A stretch of DNA of 64,000 bases from Zygnema circumcarinatum SAG 698-1b (lineage: Eukaryota; Plantae; Zygnematophyceae), in NCBI GenBank assembly GCA_037447605.1, contig CM074805.1:4931361-4995360 (forward strand), given 5' to 3'. Below, in pieces: positions 13,442 through 30,100 of this stretch (position 1 is the first letter of the stretch; every line of letters begins with the position of its first letter). The position numbers and the translations under genes are program-made. The notes under the pieces are model-generated. The model saw nothing but the letters and a program-made list of their open reading frames with translations. It was not told the origin of the DNA and ran no database searches.

Positions 13442-13453
13442 TGCCACGTGGCA
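13442..13453. promoter_or_regulatory. Perfect G-box/ABRE palindrome upstream of OSCA-b
   Basis: TGCCACGTGGCA. Confidence 0.5.
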
Positions 13454-14434
13454 CTCATGGTCGGTGCCCAATCGCGATGCGCCCCCATCGGGGCGTGCGT
13501 TGCGACGTGATGTGACATGACGTGATACGTACGGTCTGGTTCGAACCATAACAGAGAAATGGTACAGTTGCGTGCCACACATGGAAACGGTATCATACAG
13601 TAATTGTACGAAATGACGGAACGCCCGACAGTGCTCATGGACATCCCTCGCGCCTTCGTCGTAGGACGAAGGGGTTTGAACGACCCTTGTGTGCTAGAAA
13701 GGATGTGCTGCTGCTTGTGGTGCTCGGGCCAATGAGTAGAGCATGCATTGGCGTTGATCTCAAGATGGCAATTCTATTGAAGGCCCAACAACGATGGATT
13801 TGGCATAACAACTCACTGCTCGTAGCTTTTCAAACGTTCCTATGACATTTGTGTGTTCCTAGTTCATTTCCCCTCGTGGTGCCATCGTGAGATCAATGCC
13901 AATTCTTCCCTCTGACTTTTTCTAACAATACGGTACTGCGACTGACGATTGTGAAGTCTGTCTGTCTGTTCTCCGAATCCCGCTTCGACCTTTTGGGATT
14001 GCTTCCTCCCTCTTTCCTCCCTCTCCACCATTGCGTCTCTCGCGTCGACTAATCGACCTTTTCTCGTTCTCTCTTACCCCCCCCTCTCCTCCACTCCGAC
14101 CCCCCTTCCCTCCATCACGCCCCCATCCCCCTTTTCTCTCCCTCCCTCTCTCATCCGTTCCATTCTCCCTCTGCCGCTCCCCCTGTGCTGACTCAGTTGC
14201 TCCTCCCTGGCCCTCCTTTTTCTACCCTCCCAAGCTCCCTCTCCCGCTGTCCCTCCTCGCTGCCCCGACTCTTATCCTTTTACCAGCAACCTTTCCCCCG
14301 CTCCCTCCCACCGTCCTCCACTCCCCTCCTCGCATTTTACCCTCCCCTTCCGCCCTCCCCCACCTCGTCTCCTCTCCTCTTACTGCCTCCCTCCCCCTCT
14401 CCGGCCTCTCGCTTATGTCCCCCTCCTCCCCACC

Positions 14435-17400
14435 ATGTCTGATGGTGCTGCCTTCTTCACCTCTGTGTCGACTTCCTTCCTCCTCTTTCTCGCCTTCTTT
14501 GTCTGCTTCCTCCTCTTCTCCCGCCGCCTCTCTAATTCTTTTGTTTTTTACTCTGCCCGCCTTCTCCGCGGTAGCGGGCTCCCTTCCAGCGCAGTAGTCG
14601 CCCCCTTAGCCACTCTCTTGGACTCCCTGCGAACCACTGAAGATGAAGTGGTGCAGCAGGCGGGGTTGGACGCCGCCACATACATGAAAATGCAGACAAT
14701 GTGTAAGTGGGTTTTTACATTTTGGGTGTGGTTACTATTTAAGTTGAAAGGGTGACCTCGAGTTAAATTATCGGACGTGGGGATTTTCGGCTTATTAGAG
14801 AGAGACGGAGCGGATCTGTTGCCGCAGTTTGGTTTAAAGAGTGGACGTTTCATGGCATGAACCTGTGTTCAGTTGCACTTTGGAAAGTTAGGGATCGGTC
14901 CTTGAGCTTTCGAGGGGATAGATATGAGTTAAGTGCGGTTTTCCGTCCCTCAAGTGGAACTTACGAGAATGACTGTCCGTAAGCCCTTAAGTTGTAGGAT
15001 CCAACTTCAGGGTTTCCGCTTGTAAACGTTTTGTGTTAGAATGTGAAACTTGGGAATAACCGTTATTCTTTACACGGTCATTTGTCGAACATGTCTACGA
15101 TCGACTGTTGAAAGCACCTGGGAATGAGCCCTGGAGCGCATTTTTGGTGAAAACATTTGAAAGATTGGAGGCATAAGTGGAGCTTCTGAAGGAGCAAAAG
15201 TAATGCATCTCACTCACAGGATTTTTTCGAGAGGCTCATGTTTCGAATTCTAATAATTTGTTTTTTTGACGATCATGCAGCGTTGAAAATCATGTTATGG
15301 AGTTCTCTCTATTGTCTCCCTATTTTACTTCCAGTGAATGCCGCTGGACATCACTTCTCGACTCTTTCTACGAAACAACTGAGCTTAAATTTTCAGCATC
15401 TCGACAGGTTGTCTATGGGAAATGTTGGCGTAAGTTTATTCAACTTTTTGCAAACTAAAGATCACATTTATGAATCATTTGCAAAATATACAAAGAAAGG
15501 CAAAAGATCCTGAAGTCGCCTCTGTCTAGAACCACGTCTTTCCCCAACAAATGCTTTTTTAAAGATGTCACTCGAAACTTGAGCCAATAGGACCAATTCT
15601 TCCTTTTTTTGTTCCGGTGCAGGAGAGAAGCGATTCCCTATGGGCACATGCCATCGGCGCATGGTGGGTGACTCTAGGCACACTCTATTTCCTCTACACC
15701 TCATATCATTCCGTCACAAAAACTCGAGCTAAGTCCCAAGCCAATGAGGTGCCGGAACCCGCCCAGCTTGCAGTTCTCGTTCGCGACATTCCAAAACCTT
15801 CCGGAAGAACAACTCCCAAAGAGCTCATCGACGGAGTCTTCACTCGAGCCCACGGAAAATCCTATCTTGGCTGCATACTCGTTCCTCGCCTCGGAAAGGT
15901 ACTTTTCCCCTTTTTCCACCATCCTCCTTTTTCTTCTTTAAATCACCAAAAGTTGCGCAGTATTCCTTCCGATCTGACAAGCCCTTGCTCCCCAACAGAC
16001 GCTCGCCAAGTGGCAGGAACTGAACGCCGCGAAACGGAACCTCGCACACGCCCTAGCCCACATAGAACTGTCGAAGAGCGAGAGCCAACCGAACGGAGAA
16101 CGGCCTCAACATAGAACAGGCTTTTTGGGACTATGGGGACCCAAAACTGACTCCCTCGAATTTTACAAGGACGAAGTGGAGGAGCTTGTGCAGCAGCTGA
16201 GCAGCGAGCAGGAGAGAGTTGCGGAGGATGAGCCGGTCCGGTCCGCCATAGTTTTCTTCAGCAGCAGGTCGGCAGCAGCTGCAGCTTCCCAGGCTTTGCA
16301 TACATACAGAGCTGACAGGTGGCAAGTGCAGGCGGCCCCGGAACCGAGCGACTTGGTGTGGGAAAATTTGACAATGCCGTTATTTGAGCGGCAGATACGG
16401 AGCATGCTGATCTACGTGATCGTCGGAATGACAATCCTTTTCTACATGGTGAGAGCTCTTCCGTCCACACTCTGTATAATGGAAAAAATGAAGGGGGGAC
16501 TTCTCGTGGCAAATCTCACCCTCTCTTTTTTCGCGCCCCCCCCCCCCCCCCCCCCCCCCCTTTTGTTTTTTCCTTACTGATTTTGGTTAGGATTGCTTGT
16601 GACTTTTTTGTGTTGTTTGTTTTGCTCTCTTTTTTTTTTTTTTTTTTTGGGTTTGGTTTGTGGGGAGGGGCCTACAGATTCCGATTACTTTTATTTCGGC
16701 TCTGATGACGCTCGATAACCTGGAGAAGTCTCTGCCCTTTATCAAAAGCATCACATCCAAGTGAGTCAAAGTCAATCAATCTAAAAGTCACGATAAGGTT
16801 CAACGAGTCAATGTCAGGTATTACAACCGAAAGTACTCGAAGGCATCGTCGTAGGCCATTCCCACTTTCCTTGAACATTGTTTAAAACATAATTTTTAGT
16901 GTTTCCAGAATTCTAATCTTTTTTCCCTCTCCTTTTTCGGTTTCGGTTTCCCAGTAAAACTCTTTCGACGATCCTTCAGGCATACCTTCCTCAGACCGCC
17001 CTTTTGGTGTTCCTAAGCGTTCTCCCCATCCTTCTGCGTTTTTTGTCGTACCTTGAAGGCCTGCCCTGCCAGAGCCAAATCGACCGGGCAGCAACCGGAA
17101 AATATTATTACTTTACCGTTCTGAATGTTTTTTTGGGTGTTTCCCTGACCGGAACTCTGTTCAACACGCTCAAGGAAGTGCTCAACCGCCCAAAGGAGAC
17201 GGTGGACCTGCTGGGCTCGTCCATTCCCACGCAGTCCACCTTCTTCATCACTTACCTCGCCCTCTCGTGCGTGCTCTCCCTCCTCCCCTCCCCTCCCCCT
17301 CCCCTCCTCCCTCCCCTCCCCCTCCCCCTCCCCTCCCCCTCCCCCTCCCCTCCCCTCCCCCTCCCCTCCCCTCCCCTCCCCTCCCCCTCCCCTCCCCCCC

Positions 17401-18548
17401 TCCCCCTCCCCTCCCCTCCCCCTCCCCCTCCCCCCTCCCCCTCCCCTCCCCCTCCCCCTCCCCTCCCCCTCCCCCTCCCCTCCCTCCTCCCTCCCCTCCC
17501 CTCCCCTCCCCTCCTCCCTCCCCTCCCCCCCTCCCCTCCCCTCCCCCTCCCCCTCCCCTCCCCTCCCCTCCCCCTCCCCCTCCCCTCCCCCTCCCCTCCC
17601 CTCCCCTCCCCCCTCCCCCTCCCCCTCCCCCTCCCCTCCCCCTCCCCTCCCCTCCCCCTCCCCTCCCCCTCCCCCTCCCCCTCCCCCTCCCCTCCCCCTC
17701 CCCTCTCCCTCCCCCAAAACATACAAAATTGACCATCAAACTTCTGTTCGACGTGTGCAGATTCTTTGTTAGGCAGGGACTCGAGCTAAGCCAGCTCCCG
17801 CGGCTCCTTTTATACCACGCTAAACGGCGCTACATGTGCAATACGGAGCAGGAGCACCGCGATGCATGGGCTCCGGGGGCCGTGCCGTATGCCAACACCA
17901 TCCCACACGACCTCCTCTCCGTCACTCTCGGACTCAGCTACTCCGTCATCTCCCCCGCCATCCTCCCCTTTAACATCCTCTACCACCTCTTTGCGTGGGC
18001 CGTCATGAAGCACCAGGTGAGAGGAGAGACGATTTTAGGGTTCGGGTCCGATCGCATTCTGCAAATTCTGCTCCACGTTACCGGCCTTGACTTCCTGTCG
18101 TACTGAGCTGCCGTCACATGTGGGAAATCCGTTCGTGCAGGCATTAAACGTCTATAACGACGAATACCAAAGTGGGGGCCGCCTCTTCCCTCAGATTCAC
18201 ACTCGGACTCTGATCGGTCTCTTCGTCTCCCAACTGACGATGATCGGCTATTTGGGATTGAAGAAGTTTGTGGGCACCATCAGCCTCTTCCCCCTCCCCA
18301 TTCTCACCATATTGTACTTCCAGCACGCGAACGCCCGCTTCTACAAGTCCTTCCGGTTCAACTCCCTCGACGCGGGGACGGAGGCGGAGGAGGCGGCGGC
18401 CCTGCCCCTCCCGCGGCTGCAGGCGCTGTACGGAGTGCCGTGCCTCCACCCGCCGGACGCGGGCCTACCCCCGCTCAGCGCACCGCTCACCAAGATGGCG
18501 GACGCGGGGATGAGGGCGGGCAGCGGCCGGCTTGAAATCATTGAGTGA
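14435..18548 (+). CDS. ERD4: ERD4/OSCA3.1-like channel, paralogue b, multi-exon
   Basis: MSDGAAFFTSVSTSFLLF, GLDAATY, RLSMGNV, APEPSDLVWENL, ATGKYYYFTVLNVFLG, STFFITYLAL, YQSGGRLFPQIH; several intron positions match paralogue a. Confidence 0.92.
17270..17715. repeat. Polypyrimidine (CCCCT/CCCT)n intron tract in OSCA-b
   Basis: ~440 bp of almost pure C/T. Confidence 0.95.
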
Positions 18549-19599
18549 GAGGGAGGGCAGAGAGAGAGAGAGGCAGAGGGAGGGAGGGGAGGGAGGGAGG
18601 GGAGGGAGGGGATGGAGGGAGGGTAGGGAGGGAGGGAGGGATAAATATACTCACTCGCAGGTGCATTCAGAAAATTTCGTAATTTTTTTTTATTTTGTTT
18701 AAAGTCTTAGTTTTAAGTCATATTGTAGGATTTGTAAAGAAAAGGAGAAACGTCACGGTTCCATGTCACAGTTCAGACTGTTTCTGAGACATATATTTAT
18801 GGCTCTGATTTAGTGGCAGTTTAACTGGCCTTCCATGTCAGAAAATGTTTGATAACTGTCGCGGTTTTGGTACAGTACTTTGTGCCGACGTGGCCGACTT
18901 TGTCACGTTCCGGATTTATAGTCCCATACACGTGTCAAGGCTTCATTGGACCAAATCTACATCTATTGCCACGTCGGAGTGCACCGACAATTTGGCGTTT
19001 CGGTCTAGATAAAAAGCGTACTCTTTTGGACAATGAAGTCGCCAGCCCTTCGGATTTTCAGGAAATTTTGGTCGAATCGAAGCCGTCCGTTTTCTTCCGT
19101 ACGTCCAACCGATGTTCTCCGCCGTCCGATGTTCACCATCCACAATTTTTCTTGTCTCCATCGAAACGGACACAGCCAAAATGTAGGCGTTTCCGACTCA
19201 TTGGACAAAATTAAATCGAGTGCGACAAAAATATAAAAGGACACGCTTGTACGGTCAATCTATTCTGTACAATGCATCGTTGCAATATCTCGATATACCG
19301 ACAACATCGTGTACCTGCCTGTACGTTTTCGTACCCTTAGGGACTTCCCCAGAGCTGTTCCCCCCGCACTTCCCCACTACTGTATCCCACTTTCTCGCTC
19401 CCTCTCTGCCTTTCCCCCCTCTCTCCTGATCCATTTCTCTCACCCTCTCTCTCTGCCTCTCTCTCTCTTCTCTCTCTCCCACTCTTTCCCACTCTGCCTC
19501 TCTTCTCCCATACCCCCCTATCTACTCTCTCTCTCTCGCGCTCACTCCCACATTTCCCTCTCTCCCTCGCCCTTCTCCTCCCCCCCCCCTCTCTCCCTC

Positions 19600-24350
<4,751 letters not shown>

Positions 24351-25359
24351 CGGGCGGGAGGGGAGGGGAGGGGAGGTTGAAGGAAGGCCCAAGGGACGCG
24401 GGGGGAGTTGTTCAACAACGAGGCGCGGGAGGTTCATGTCATCATCGGAGGAGGAGGAGCCGCGGGAGACATTGGCTCGAGGCGACTGCGACTCGCGACG
24501 AGGCATGAGGGCGGGCGGAGTTGAAGGGATTAGGAATGCCATTGTACATAATAATAGAAAGAATGAATGAATTAGTTTGTGACATAATTAGCTACATAGC
24601 GTCTTGGTTTTGTGGACAAGCAACACCTTGTAAGGTTACGGCCCCCGAGTTTCACGTGGTTCGCGAGGCTTAATAATGCATTAGAGGGCGCTTGCCGACA
24701 GGCAGGCAGGGGCAGGGCGGTCTATGTCCGTTTGGGCCGAAATTTAAACAGGAAATACGCACGAGGAAACGCTGTCTGCGTGCTGTACGGCGCCAGTGAC
24801 TGTACGGACGGCTGTTAGGCCGTACGTTCTATAAAGACAACGTACGGATGACTCGGTGACTGCCCGCCGTGTCCTTGGATTAGGGACGGATATTAATTAG
24901 AACGCAGTGTCGTGTGTTAGAATTCCAATCAAAAATTCTAGAAGTCGGGCCGTTTTATTAAACACTTTTAGAATGGACACTAAGTCCTACGTATATACGG
25001 TTGCACGGATTAACTAGGCGGTCAATGTTGAAGTTGCGGGGGGTTCAATTTCAATGGTCGTCTCATTCTGAAATCTAAGTGTGTAAAAGTCCCTTGTACG
25101 TACAAATGTGCATCCTTATGAGTATCCGTACCCCCGGTAAGCACTGGGGGAGGGCGACCCTCCAGGGGGTTTGCAACAGCGAGAACGACAAAAGCCGAAT
25201 CCTTGGAATGCGGAGCGGACAAGTCTGGCCTTATAGAAATGATTGATGCCAACTGGAGGATGTTGACCTGCCAAAAAACGACAAACGGCCCTTGACGAAT
25301 GGTGGCTATTTTTCCTGATTTAATTTCTTTTAATTCGATCCGACCGTACCTCGGCAATA

Positions 25360-25927
25360 GGGGGGGTCAGACCTTGACCATCGCTTACGAAATTCAAAGA
25401 TTCCCTATACAGAAAGGTATTGATTTCGTTTCCAGGTTTCGGGTCGGAAGCTGCGGCTCCCCCGAACCTGTCACGTCTCGTCCGTACTACGGAATAGGTT
25501 ACAGAAATGCCCCCAAATTTCCGAAATCCGCCGAAATCCGCTCGCCGAAACGCAGGGCCTCCGGAGGCCCTGCGTTTCGGTTTTGTTGAAAAGGCAGCAA
25601 ATCCGCCGATGAGGAATCGTGCCCCGCCTTGTCGCCATGCGCGTCACGCACTTGCGAGCGCCTCTCGCACGTGTGAAGCGCGCGTGGCGATGAAACGGAG
25701 GGCGGCGGGCGGCGGGCGGCGGGCGGCGGAGGGAGCGCGGCGGGGCGAAAAGGGGGGAGTCAGACCTGGCTCGGAAATACGAAGGTAAAATAATTATTTT
25801 CAAGAATTCGCGGCGCCCGAACCTGCCGAACGGCCACTTTTTGCGAAAAAGGCCTGCCGTACACGGCGGAATAGGCCCGACGGGCTTACGAAATTGGTTT
25901 GGCGATGGTCAAGGTCTGACCCCCCCG
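25360..25927. mobile_element. Putative MITE with 26-bp TIR
   Basis: GGGGGGGTCAGACCTTGACCATCGC and its reverse complement; the flanks match at only 6/9. Confidence 0.5.
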
Positions 25928-27105
25928 CGGCACTGCAATTTCTCGAGGAATACGGCCAAACGACGCCAATCGACCTGTGCCACGTGTCTGACGCGAGGCG
26001 TAATATTGGAAAGCATGGATCGGTCGTACGGACGCATATCCGGTCCTCGGCGGCCACCCAGCGGCCGCCGTACGGACACGGCCGCCTGGCGAGGAGGGAC
26101 GGGCGGCGAGAGGGGAGGCGGGAGGCGGACCGGCGGGGAGGGAGGGAGGGAGGCGGAGGAGGAGGAGGAGAAGGAGGAGAAGGAGGAGAAGGAGGAGAAG
26201 GAAGAGAAGGAGGAGAGGTAGGCAGGGGTAGGGAAGGGAAGGTCTGGTAGAGGAACCAGATTGGGGAGGGAGAGCGAGGAGAGGAGCAATGGGAAGCGAG
26301 AGAGAAGGGGGGGAGTGGGAGGTGCGGGGGTAGGAGAGGAGGCAGAGAGGGGAGTGAGAGCGAGGAGGGGATAAATGGGAAGCAAGAGGGAAGGGGGGAG
26401 TGGGAAGGTAAGGGGTGGAAGAGAGGAGAGGGAGAGCGAGGAGGAGAGCAATGGGAAGCAAGGAGGGGGAAGTGGGAGGAGTGGAATGGGAAAGGAGCCA
26501 GAGGAGGGGAAGCATATCTCGGGGAGGAGCAATGGGGAAGCAAGAGAGAGAGAAGAGAGATAGTGGGAGAGAGTGGGAATGGGAGAAGAGGAGAGTTGTG
26601 CGATAGGAGCCAGATGAAAGAGGGAGCGCGACGAGGGGCGAGATGAGAAGCAAGTGGGGGAAGGGTGAGGACGGGAGGGTTCGGGAGGGAGAAGGGATGA
26701 TGTTAAGTGACAGAAGGATTGGGGGAAAATAAGACGAAGACTCGTGAAGTAAGGTGGTGGGAGAGGCGGATGGGGAGGGACAGGGCGAGTGGAGAGAAAG
26801 GGCGGGAGGAAGACGGAGGGAGAGGGAGAGAAATGGGAGAGAAGAGTGAAATCGGGAAGAGAGGGGTGTGAAAAGGAACGTAAAGGAAAATTTTAGAGAA
26901 GAACATTAGAAGGAGAGGATGGCGAAAGTCGGAGGCACTGGAATCAAGAGAGAAACGTGCTGAGGGAGAACGACGCTAGTGAGTAGGGTAAAGTAAGGAG
27001 AAAGGGAGGGGGAGAGAGGGTGAGCGAGGGGGCGGGAGGCTTGACCTGAGAACGGCATCTGACCTGTCTGTAACTGAACGTGTTTCCTTTCTTCAGGACA
27101 CAGCC

Positions 27106-30100
27106 ATGCCGTCGAGGAATGCTCTCAGACGCGGCTATGGCGGCTTCTTGAAAGAGCCCCTCCTGCTCTCCCTCCTGTGCTACTTTATCCAATTCGGCGA
27201 GGCCCTCATTAACAGTGCAGACCGTACGTAAACGTCCTTATAGTCCCTTAACGCAAAACAGTGAAGAACCTCGTGGTTTTTTGCCGTCTGAACCTTCCTG
27301 ATATTGGCAGCAGCCATGTTGTATGCGGTTCCTTAAGGGATACGTGCAGAACGGTGGATGTGTTGATTTCTGTAGAGGCTTATAAATTTCTTAGTCACTC
27401 ATAAAGACCAAGCATTTTTCGTTGTTGCATGTTCGAATGGGCTATTGGCGTAGTTCTCCACTCCATGTTATTCTCTAATCAAATTTTGCGCCTCGTTGTT
27501 TCCATTCTTTATGAATGCAGGGAATGTGCTTCTGAGCCTCAAGGCGGCGTGGAGAGGTCCGCACGACTCCTTTAGAGGATGGTCGAACACAGGCAGCGAC
27601 TGCTCGGCTTTCAACGGAATTCAGTGCAACTCGAACGGCCGAGTTACTCAAATGTCAGTTCCTGATGCGAGTCAAGGTGCTGTCCTTGTGGTTTTGAGAA
27701 AGTTCTCCGTCATGTTGGGCTGGCCTGCAAGCTGGCGAGGGGCTGGCTGCTTTTCTATGGCCCGTACTTATTAATACAGACAGAAAATATGCAAATTTCT
27801 CGTTTGCAGAGATCTGAGTTATCAAGAACTAGTCGGAAATATCCCGTCTTCTATTTGTGACCTGACGTACCTCAACACGCTGTGAGCTCTCACTTGTGCC
27901 TCACTCTGCCTTTGGGGTCCTTCAAGTCTCAGTTTGCCCTTCTGTTAATCGGGCCCATTAAGCATCCCTTGCAGCCTGCTTCTTGCCGCCCCTGCAGCAC
28001 TTGACCTGCAGTACGTTTTCCAACCATAGGAGACATCCTAACGAAAACGACATCGTTTCTTTTGTGCCTGGGAGGAACCTGCCCCTCAACTACTTGAATG
28101 GCACAATTCCCTCGTGCATCGGAAAGCTCACCCAACTGGAGAACTTGTAAGTGCTCGTATTCGACAAGCATTTGCAGCTTTTTCAAGGCTGTTCTTCAAG
28201 CTTCATCCGACGCTCACATGTCACATTTACCCTTTTTCAAACTTGTTTCTTGCAGTGACGTCACTGTCAACAAATTGTCAGGATTAATTCCGTCCTCGTT
28301 GTGCAACATGACGTCTATTTCGTCCATGTGAGCAGCGCCTTTCCCTTTTTCTTTTTCTTTTCTTTCTTATACCTCTTTCAGTTTTAGTGACTTTCCTTTT
28401 CTAGTGACTCAAATCTGTTTGGTGCATTTTGTCATGACTTCCATGGTAAATTACAATTGTTATTTGCTTAGACTTCATTTCCGTGAAATTATTGAACTTG
28501 CAGCATCAGTGTGCTTCGTCTCCCTTCTTTTCACATCGCTGCTGGCGATTGCACCGACACATTGTCCGCTTGATGTGATTTCGAATCCCTCCCAATGTTG
28601 CGCAGATCGCTGTACGGCAACCGTCTGGCGGGCGGCATTCCCTCCTGCATGGGCCGCCTCGCCAACGCGCGCTCCATGTAAGCAGTCCTCCGTTCTGTTC
28701 GCTTTCCTTCATGGTTCCGTTCGCGCAATGCATGTAGCGCACCTGTCCGTACGAATCTGAACGGACGATAGCGAGTCAATAGCTATCGGAAGGGATCAAT
28801 CCAACGGTTGAGGGAGAACCCGCGATTTGTGGAGTGGCTGTACGGTCGCTGGACAATCCGACGAGGCCGAGCGTTTCACCGCGGCGACGTGAACGTCGCG
28901 GCGGTCGAGAGAGAGAGAGCGAGAGGGAGAGGGAGAGAGAAGAGAGAAGTGGGAGAGAGGGGGAGAGGGGGCAAGGGGGGGAGAGGGATGGAGAGAGGGG
29001 AGGGATAGGGGGATGGAGGGGAAAGAGAGGGGGAGACGGAGAGATAGAAAGGAGAGGGCGGTGCGATGCTGTCGCAAATTTAGTATTAAAAAAACTGGAA
29101 AATGAAGAGAAAATATAGGATGAGCTAGTCATCTTACATTTTTCGTGGCATTGTTTGAAGAGAGAGAAGAGCGTGCTTTCATACTTGCAGCGACTTGTCG
29201 CGAAATGCTTTCACGGGCGGCATTCCGTTATCGCTTTGCGATGTGCACTACCTCGGCAATCTGTAAGGAGACTTTCCCCTTCGTGCTGGAAACAGTGAAC
29301 TATTCACGTGCGAATGTATTCGTTCTTGAAAATTTTGTTGATTTCACTACGAGTGGAGTCTCCATTCAACCTCGATTTTCTTAATCTAAATTTTTTTTTG
29401 CCCGTTTTCAGATATCTCGGTGGAAATCAATTGAACGGCAGCATTCCGTCCTGCCTCGGTGGAACAGCACTTCTAAACTTGTTCGTCTCCGTACTTAGCC
29501 TAACCTTATTGGAATTCATCCTTATGAATCTTCCTTGTGTAGCCAAAGTGAAGTGGATATGTGTTAGGTCCGTGGTCCGTGGCCTACTACTGACCCTTTT
29601 TTTCGATTATCTATTTTTTGCAGAGATCTTAGTGAAAATCAACTTTCAGGAACCGTCCCAAACTTTATCTGCAATCTTCAGCGCATGTAATCTGGCCTCG
29701 CTGTCCCTAATTTTCCTTGCGTCATTCATATGCAAGTTTCTGTAAGTTTATCCAAATAATATACTCTCGCACATGCGAACGATAAACCTTAGCGTACGAA
29801 GTAATGCAGTCCCTCTTGCTAACGTGGACATCACTTTGGGAGCCTTGAAGTACTGCGCGGCTGGATGTGTGTGCAGCAACCTTGGCTCGAACAAGCTGAC
29901 TGGAGGACTCCCTTACTGTGAGGCTTACTGCCTCGGTTCGTTTGGCAGGATAGATTGGTAAGTGGCAGGATGTCACTCCTGATGAGTCGCGCATATAATT
30001 CCCTCACTAAAAAATGAATCAAATGAAGTTTAGATATTGTGTTTGGAAAATTCGCTGATGCGCTAAAATCGATGGCTAAACCCATCTGATATTGCATTTT

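Noticed and set aside
13653-13700. Helitron 3' end (hairpin plus CTAG)
   Set aside because: CTAG is too far from the hairpin, is not followed by T, and no 5' TC end was found.
17004-18106. Long Pro-rich and Gly-rich ORFs (extensin/GRP-like)
   Set aside because: They are read-through of a low-complexity intron between clear OSCA exons.
26944-27192. Minus-strand ORF MDKVAQEG...
   Set aside because: It is the antisense shadow of the LRR signal-peptide exon at 27106-27223.
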